In this document: in pieces, positions 56,784 through 64,000 of the stretch
How positions within the stretch are numbered: position 1 is the stretch's first letter
Layout: every line of letters begins with the position of its first letter
Assembly: GCF_000315625.1 (NCBI RefSeq)
Contig: NW_005434647.1
Coordinates: 480,936 to 544,935 of the forward strand
Direction of reading: 5' to 3'
From: Guillardia theta CCMP2712
Lineage: Eukaryota > Protista > Cryptophyta
DNA: 64,000 nt
Position numbers and translations under genes: made by a program
The notes under the pieces: model-generated
The model's database searches: none
Told to the model about the DNA's origin: nothing
The model's input: only the letters and a program-made list of their open reading frames with translations

Positions 56784-58764
56784 TCCTTCAACCTCGGGCA
56801 AGTATATGCAAGCGAGTTGAAGCTATTTCATCTTGTGAGCATAATCATTTGAGCTGCTTGTCAACGAGCCATCCTTTCTATCTCCAATCTGACATATATC
56901 ATGCTCTACATGCTGCTTGTTGCGCCTGCGTTTAGGTCGGTCGGTCAACCACAGTACGATGTAAGCTCAATGGACGATGTGTCTCCCTATAATCAAAACT
57001 GAATGATCCACCAAACTTGTACCCGCCAACCCCGACAAATGCCGATGATCAGCTCCTCTTACTTTTGCTGTCCTCTGCTTGCGTCTATCTCTTCTCTCCT
57101 CCCCTCCTTGACTAAGACCTCCTGTCTTGCTTCGGCTTTACCATGCTCAACCCAACGCAAGTTGGCATTTCAACCCGCTCGAAAAACCCCGACCCCAAAA
57201 ATACTCTACCCCACCCTCATCATTTCCAGGATATACCCTACCCCACCCCTTGACAGTCCTACAGCAGCAATCACTACTACCTCCTCCAAGACCATTTGAA
57301 CCTCCTCTATACCACCGGTTAACATCCTCGTGTCCCTATAACCCCACCCATTTCCATCGCTTTGACCCCCTTTGAGCCCACTACGACCTTTCCATCCCCA
57401 CACCCTCCTACGAGTACCCACCCCCATCTCGTCACGACTTCCAAAGATCTTTTCATAACCCCCCACCAGTTAATTTACACTACCCACCCACCCCCAATAA
57501 TGAACTCGCTAAACCCTTTGTAAAACAGGACTCCCCATGTTGAAACTGTCCCCCTATCCCCCATACCCACCCCCACCCCCACCCCCCCACCACCCGAATA
57601 ATTTCACTACCCCTGGGACAACGATCCTTGGAAAGGCCTGATGAGCCTCGGAGAGCCAGTGAGCGGCCCGGCCGGCCGCGGGGCCGGTGGCCCAGTTTGG
57701 GTTGGCCCGGGCCGGGCGGCCCGAGGACTCCGACTCAGGCTCTGAGCCGGCGGGCGGGCGGCCCTTCCGAAGTTCGTTGCCCTGGCCCACTGTTAGTATC
57801 GCGGCGGGTGCTTTCGGGCCAGTATGCCGGCGGCGTCTCCGAAGTTTGAACTGGGCTTCGGCCACATCATGTGCTGCGCCCGGTTGGCCCACTGGCATGG
57901 CGCCGGGCCGCGGGCGCGGCCCGGCCCGGCGGGCCTGCTCACGCCACTGGGCCTCCCGAGTCACTGTAGAGTCACTGCCGTATCCGATCTCTCAGGCCCT
58001 TGAGTCGCAGTGCGGCGACAGGGTCCCGGCCCGATACTGTCATTTTTGACGGACTCTTAACAGGCTTTGCCAGGTAAGAACTGAGACCATTCCATGCGCC
58101 CGGGGCCGGTGCCGGGGCTTCTTTCAGGCTCAAGTAAATCAGTCCGATCACTACCCTGACCCTAGTCACGGTACGGTACGTACGGTATCAGGCAAGTTTC
58201 TACTCCGTAGGTCACTGTGGGCCCCCCGGACCGTACGGTACCGTGGCAGCAGTTCAGTGGCCGCAGGACAGGCTCCGGGGAGGCCCGGGGCCGCCCGGGA
58301 CTTCCCGGAAGTCCGTGACTGCTCGAGTCCCGAAGTTTTCTCTTCTCGCCGTTAGGTTTGGCCTGTGCGACAGCCTGAAAGCCTCCTCGACTCTCCTGAT
58401 TGTCCTCGTACTGATTTTTAACCATCTGAGTACCGTACTGATCAAGCCTCCGCTCATTGGAATTGAACTTTCAAGATGATCATATAGAGGGCCGGGCGGG
58501 CCTGTGTGGGGAAGTGGACCGCACGGCTCAGACCTTCGCTTCGCGATGTGCTAAATCGGGCAGTAGTGCCGTATGACTATTCCTTTCCGATGGGGGGTAG
58601 GTCAACATATACTTTTAATAAAGGATTGAAAGTTTCATCTTACTTTTCATAGCTATTTGAAAATATAACAGTAAATAGATCAGCCTTTGGTTGAAATTTC
58701 TGCCTGTGTCTGCTTGCCGCGAAACTCCTCAGTCACACCGCAATGCAAGCAGGGGAGGAAAGGG

Positions 58765-60188
58765 GATGGCGATCGAGCGCCCTGCTGATGGTGTCAGCAT
58801 GTCTGGCCGTCATGGCACTTGCTTACAGCATGGTAAGGATTATGGATTTCGATTGTTGATGTTGTTGTTGTTGTTGTGGTGGTGGTAGTGGTAGTGGTAG
58901 CGATGAGGAAGACGGATCATGAGGGTGATTTGAGGAGTAGTAGTGGTAGTGGCACTTGGAGGAGGAGGAGGAGGAGGAGGAGGAATGAGAATTGAAGAAG
59001 ATGTCAGTGGAGTACAAGGTTGAATCATGTGGATGAGGATGGGAATGTTGGTGTTGGTGTTGGTGTTGGTGCTGATACGAATGATTTTTGGATGATTTGG
59101 TTATGATATCGACCGTGAAGACATATATGATATTGATGATAGTCAAAGTACCTGTGCTTTACACAATTATTCTAATCTTGCCTCTATCTGTACAGAAAGG
59201 ATTCACTTCTGCAGATTCGCTCCTCCAGACATTCCAGTATCCGACTGCTGTTGCTCAAGCCTCTCTCGCGCAAGCTAGCAGCTATCCTGTACAAGGGCAA
59301 CCGATCTTGGCACAGCCTGTGATGGCTCAGGTATGCCCTTGATCTTGCAGGGTTACTCGCAGTTTGATGCTTGATGTGTTAGGCGATTCCCTACAACAAC
59401 TATGCAAGAGCCATCCCTCAGCGTACGCCATGGTTGTTGACTTGATCTTGGCTAACTTTTTCACAGTTCGCGCTGCTCAGCAGATTCTGCAGGCGGTGAG
59501 GATAGATCTCACTGCATAGACGTGTGGTCTTACTTTGATGTTCAATCAGGCGAACGCCTCAGCAATAGCCCCAGCAGCAGCAGCAGGTGGGGGAAATCCT
59601 CTTGCCAACGCCATGGCTGCAGGAGGGAGCGCAGCAGCTGGGTCAGGGATTCAGACTCCTCCAGCAACGCCTCCGCCCATATGCCCCGTGGGTGAGATGC
59701 AGTGCAAGGTGAGAAGAAGCTGCTTCTATGCCAGAAGTTGCTGACGTCGGTTGTCATAGAACGTCAAGTGCATGGGCGACATTGGCTGCATCAACGAGTT
59801 GCCCGATGGCTCGTTGAGGTGCGATTGCCCTCCTCCCCCTCCCCCTCCCCCTCCTCCCGTCTTGGGCAGCAAGGAGTGGCTGGGACAGCAGAATAACCAG
59901 ATGGAGGACGTGGGTGAGGCAGCCGGAGCAGCCGGAGCAAACTTGGCCATGTACGAGTCAGGCCCTGTGGCAGTTGCGTTGGCGAACTACTTGAAACAAG
60001 AAGGAAAGTTGGCTGAGACGTCGGCCAAGATGCATGAGCTCCTCCTCAAGGACTTGGAGGCCGTCCAGGAGCAAGAGTCCTCCACCACCACCTCCTCTTC
60101 GTCCTCCACATCATCAGGCTCCGGAGCAGGAGGTGCGCCGGCAACGTCTTGGCTACCTGATAATATCTTTGGCATCAAGTTGGGGTAG
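58765..60188 (+). CDS. Hypothetical Ala/Pro/Gln-rich protein with one EGF-like Cys cluster
   Basis: Spliced exons ...ICPVGEMQCK|NVKCMGDIGCINELPDGSLRCDCPPPPPP...DNIFGIKLG*. The 5' exon structure is uncertain. Confidence 0.55.
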
Positions 60189-60239
60189 GCAACAAGACTG
60201 AAGTGCTGTAGTTTGAAGACATTTACAATACAACATAGT

Positions 60240-63000
60240 TTACAAGGCGCATGTGTTGGCAAGAAAATCTTGAGTTGCTTCTTCCATAACCTGCATATGG
60301 AGTGAGGGCGAGGGGAAAGATTGAGCGGAGGGACCTGATGGAACCGAAGAGCCTTCGAGAACAAACCGAACAGAAAGCTTGTTCTGATCCTGTCCTCTCC
60401 GTCTCCTTCCTTCACATCGCTGGGCTCGTCCTTGTCTTCCTCAACTTGAGTCGCCGCACACGCCTTGCTGTCTTCCTGCAAGTCTGCAGGGAGCGGGAAG
60501 GAGGAAGGGAGGGTCCCGTTTGCCTCGGGGATGTGATACTTGATCTCCCCGTTGGGGTCGAAGCGGATGGAAGGAAGAGAGGCGCTGCTCATAAAGTCGA
60601 CAACCTCCTTGCACAGGGAGCGAGCAGGCAGCGTCTGCTCGAGGAAGCCCAGGAGCTCTTCTCGTCGGCCTCGGTCCATGCTCTCATACCTGCCTCCTGC
60701 ATGAGACATGCACGATGGGGACGGGGGGAGAGAGGAGGAGGACGAGGAGGAGGACGAGGAGGAGTAGAAGGAGGAGGAGTAGAACGAAGTAGGAAGAGTA
60801 GGAGAACAATGAGGAGGACAAGGCGGAGGACAAGGAGGAGGACAAGGAGGAGGACGAGGAGGACAAGCAGCTACCGGTTGATCACGATCACGTTCTTTTC
60901 ACCCAGGAGCTCTTCATTGTCATCCCACAGGTAGGACTGCAGCACCTTGAGCGCCTCCCTTCCTCCCCCCTGCCGCTCACCTTGTCCGGGTCCAGCCCGA
61001 GAGCTCTGGCGGTGGGGAGAAGCTTCTTGGGTGCCGCAGTGACGACGACGGGAGGAGGATGTTCAAGGCCGAGAGCCTCCTTGATGGCATCGCGAGCAGC
61101 AAGCAGCCTTTCCAAGCTCATAAAGATGTCGAGGCGTTCCTGCTCCCTCCTCAGCCTCTTCTCCCTCCTACGGCTTCCTCTGCCTCCTCCTCATCTCACC
61201 TTAGCCATGAGCCGAATCTTGCCGGAGAAAGTCGCCATGATTTCATGCGCGTGGTTGAGCTTGGAAGGAAAGACAACTTGGGTGTCACTGCCGCAGCTTC
61301 AGCGTCGCTTCCCTTCCCTCCACTTGTAAAACCTGTGATGCCAAGCTGGGTTCCAGCTGAGCTTGATGTGCTTGTCTCTCAAGAAGGAGATGTAGCGGAG
61401 CAGGTGAGCTCTACGGGTGTACAGGACGACCTGAGGTGAGAAATTCCTGCCCACCTGCCAAGACACGTCACGTGCTGGGGGAGATCAGAGCACTCACTGA
61501 CCAGCTCGCGGTAAAGTTTGATACAGCTGGGGTTGATCAGCAGAGAGTAAAGCTTGTTCCTGCATGTGCAATGAGACCCGGCGAGGGATGAAGAGAGGGA
61601 GGAGAAGCAGCAGGAGGAGAAGCTTACAAGTGCTGCGGGGTGACTTTCATGAGCTGGAAAGCGACGGCCAGGTCGTTGCCGTCCTGGAGAAGAAGAGGTG
61701 AACATGAGGAAGGAGTTGGAGAGAAGAGCTAACCTGACCGAAGATGGCGCTATGATCAAGGTCAAGAAACAGCGTGACATTTTGTCTGATCCCGTCCTCC
61801 CCTCCCTCAACTCCTACATCCCCATCTTCCTCCCCGGGGCACGGACCAGCCTCCACTCCTCCCTCCGTCTCTCCCGTCGATCGGTTCTTCTGCCCCGGCG
61901 TGTCCTCTGCTCCATCCGCCGTCCTGCAGCTCCTTGCATCGCCCTCAGAGGTGTTGAGAGGTGACAGCAGTTTGACATCAGTGCCGTTGGTGCTTGACAC
62001 GTTGTCTTCCTTCTCGCGCAGAGTCGGTGGGCTGCTTGCCAACAGCCCTCGGAAGAAGGAGGAGAAGCCGGAGGTTGTGTTCACCAGATTGCCGACGACT
62101 GAGTACAGTGACAAGTTGAGGTTCTGACTCTTAACGTCCTCGCCTCCTAGATACTTCGAGCTCGATTCTGCCTCAACCCTCTCCCTCCTCCCCTCTTCCT
62201 CCATCGCCTTCGTTTCCCGCCCTTGTGATCCCTTCTTGTCCGCCTGCTTCATCCCTGCCTTGACCTCTGCCTCCTCCCTCCCCGTCACTCTTGTCGTCAT
62301 GTGTTGTTCCGCCTCTCTAGTTGCAGGGGATCCAAGGAGGCTGTTAGCCGACTCGCTCTGCTCCTTTCGCAGCCTCGCTTGCCCCAGCTCCTCCTGCTGC
62401 TTCATCGCATCCTTCCTCGTTTCTTCCTTGACATGCTCCCCTTCGGACTTGTCTTGCTTCATCTTCATCTCCTTCCTCTCCACCTCTGCCTCTTTTGCTG
62501 CCATCGTCTCCTCTTTTTCCCTCTTCTCCCTCCTCCCCTCTTCCTCCATCGCCTTCGTTTCCCGCCCCGTTGCCCCCTTCTTCTCCACCTCCTCCATCGC
62601 CTTCATCCCAGACTTGACCTCTGCCTCCTCCCTCCCCGTCACGCTTGTCGTCATGTGTTGTTCCCCCTCTCTAGTTGCAGGGGATCCAAGGAGGCTGTTA
62701 GCCGACTCGCTCTGCTCCTCTTGCTGCTTCATCGCTTCCCTCCGAACGATCTCGCTCTCCTCCTTGAGGCTCTTCAAGTCTTCCGCCTGCTTGTCTCCTG
62801 GTGAAGCTACAGCTCCTTCCCTCTGACTCGCTCTCACCAGACCTCTTTCAGTCTCGCGGGAGTTTTCAGAGGCTCTGCTGCTCTCGACTCGCACAAGCTC
62901 CTGCTCCACAGTCTGCTGGCCTTGTCCTTGAAGGAGATCTTGTTGTTGTTGCTGCTGCTGCTGCTGCTGCTGTTGCTGCTGCTGTTGCTGCTCACTGTGC

Positions 63001-63034
<34 letters not shown>

Positions 63035-63042
63035 CACTGTGC

Positions 63043-63076
<34 letters not shown>

Positions 63077-64000
63077 CACTGTGCTGCTGCTGCTCCATCT
63101 GTTTCAGCTCCTCTGCTGAGGATTGAGCTCCAAGACCAGACGAGGATTGATCTTGCTGCTCTTTCAATCTCACATCCTCCTCCTTGACTCCCGTCAAATT
63201 ATCTTTTCTCCCTCCCCAGGGCCACTCGTAAGTGGGGAGGAGGGAGAAGGCAGGAGGGCGCTTGAGCTGCTGCCTGCGCGACTGACCTTGGGGGTGAGAG
63301 GAGGAGGCGCGAGAACGGAGAAGAAGCGAACGAGCAGGGAGACGAGAGAGCGGGAAGAGCGAGAAGGAGAAGAAACTCCTCTTGCTCTCTTGAGCATCCT
63401 CCGCCTCTACTTTCTCTTCCTCCTCTCCTTTCTCCCTCAGCTCACCCGTCCTGCCTTCCACATGTGTTCCCTTCCTTTCCACAACATCCTTCATCGCTTG
63501 CTCCTCGCTCCCTCTCCTCTCCTCCACAGTCTCTGCTTGTCTTTGTTTGCCTGCAATCTTCGTGTCTTCCACACTCTCCCTAGTCCTACCCTCTTTGCCT
63601 CCCTCCCCCTCCTCTTCCTCCTCCTTCACCATCGCCATCTCCTCCCCTCTTTCTCCCCTCCTGCCCTCCCTTGCCTGCTGCCCCTCCATTCCCCTTGGCT
63701 TCTCCTTCTCGACTCCCGTGTTGTCCTCCTTCCTGCCGTTCTTCTCCTTCAACACGACAGGCTCCGTACATCTCGCCTTCCCCTCCTGTTCGAGCGATCA
63801 GTTGCAACAAGGCATGGAAAAAGTTACCTGGGGAGGAATCCTTATTCTTGCATCCTTCACCTCCTCCTCCTTTATCAGCATCTTGCTATGTGCGCTTCTT
63901 TCCCCTCCATCCTTCCTCTCCCCCAGCTCCTCCGTTACAGCGTCCCTTCTTCCCATCCTCTCCTCCACTCCCGCCTCCTCCATTCGCCGCAGCATCTCCA
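60240..64000 (-). CDS. Large E/Q-rich protein with C-terminal FCP1/SCP-like HAD phosphatase domain (5' end outside window)
   Basis: Low-complexity ORF 61647-63755 ends in TLFLDLDHSAIFG (motif I-like). Later exons give VVLYTRR (motif II-like) and YLWDDNEE (motif IV-like). Probable last intron ~60291-60334 and stop at 60240. Confidence 0.6.

Noticed and set aside
59987-60188. Apparent coding overlap between the HAD gene ORF and the + gene
   Set aside because: A 44-nt intron (~60291-60334) gives a stop at 60240, which removes the overlap.

Overview
Gene-dense eukaryotic nuclear DNA with many short (about 44-50 nt) spliceosomal introns. It is most consistent with a cryptophyte alga such as Guillardia theta. 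This is an inference from intron size, a bipartite ANA-F plastid presequence and an epiplastin-type protein. About 19 protein-coding genes are supported, in order: MORN1-like, MBS zinc finger, a giant intronless subtilase, WW-TMC-like channel, RNF10, chorismate synthase, secreted TPR protein, Hikeshi, EEP-family phosphodiesterase, CNOT9, a tandem two-domain SK-like K+ channel, plastid DUF1279 protein, enoyl-CoA hydratase, small coiled-coil protein, DDX18/HAS1, epiplastin, membrane-anchored collagen, acylated FN3/Raf-like kinase, an EGF-like/Pro-rich protein and an FCP1-like HAD protein. Long intergenic regions hold GC-rich palindromic islands flanked by GGGGT/ACCCC- and GTAC-rich DNA, and there is one 100-N assembly gap. 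The strongest novelty candidates are (1) a signal peptide plus ubiquitin-tail mimic (HVLRLRGG) fused exactly at the natural N-terminus of an MBS protein, suggesting DUB-like maturation of periplastid-targeted proteins; (2) a 2x6TM SK-like channel with one canonical and one degenerate selectivity filter; (3) a WW-TMC fusion; and (4) the intergenic island/halo architecture, including a MITE-like element. Exon boundaries were read by hand and are approximate.
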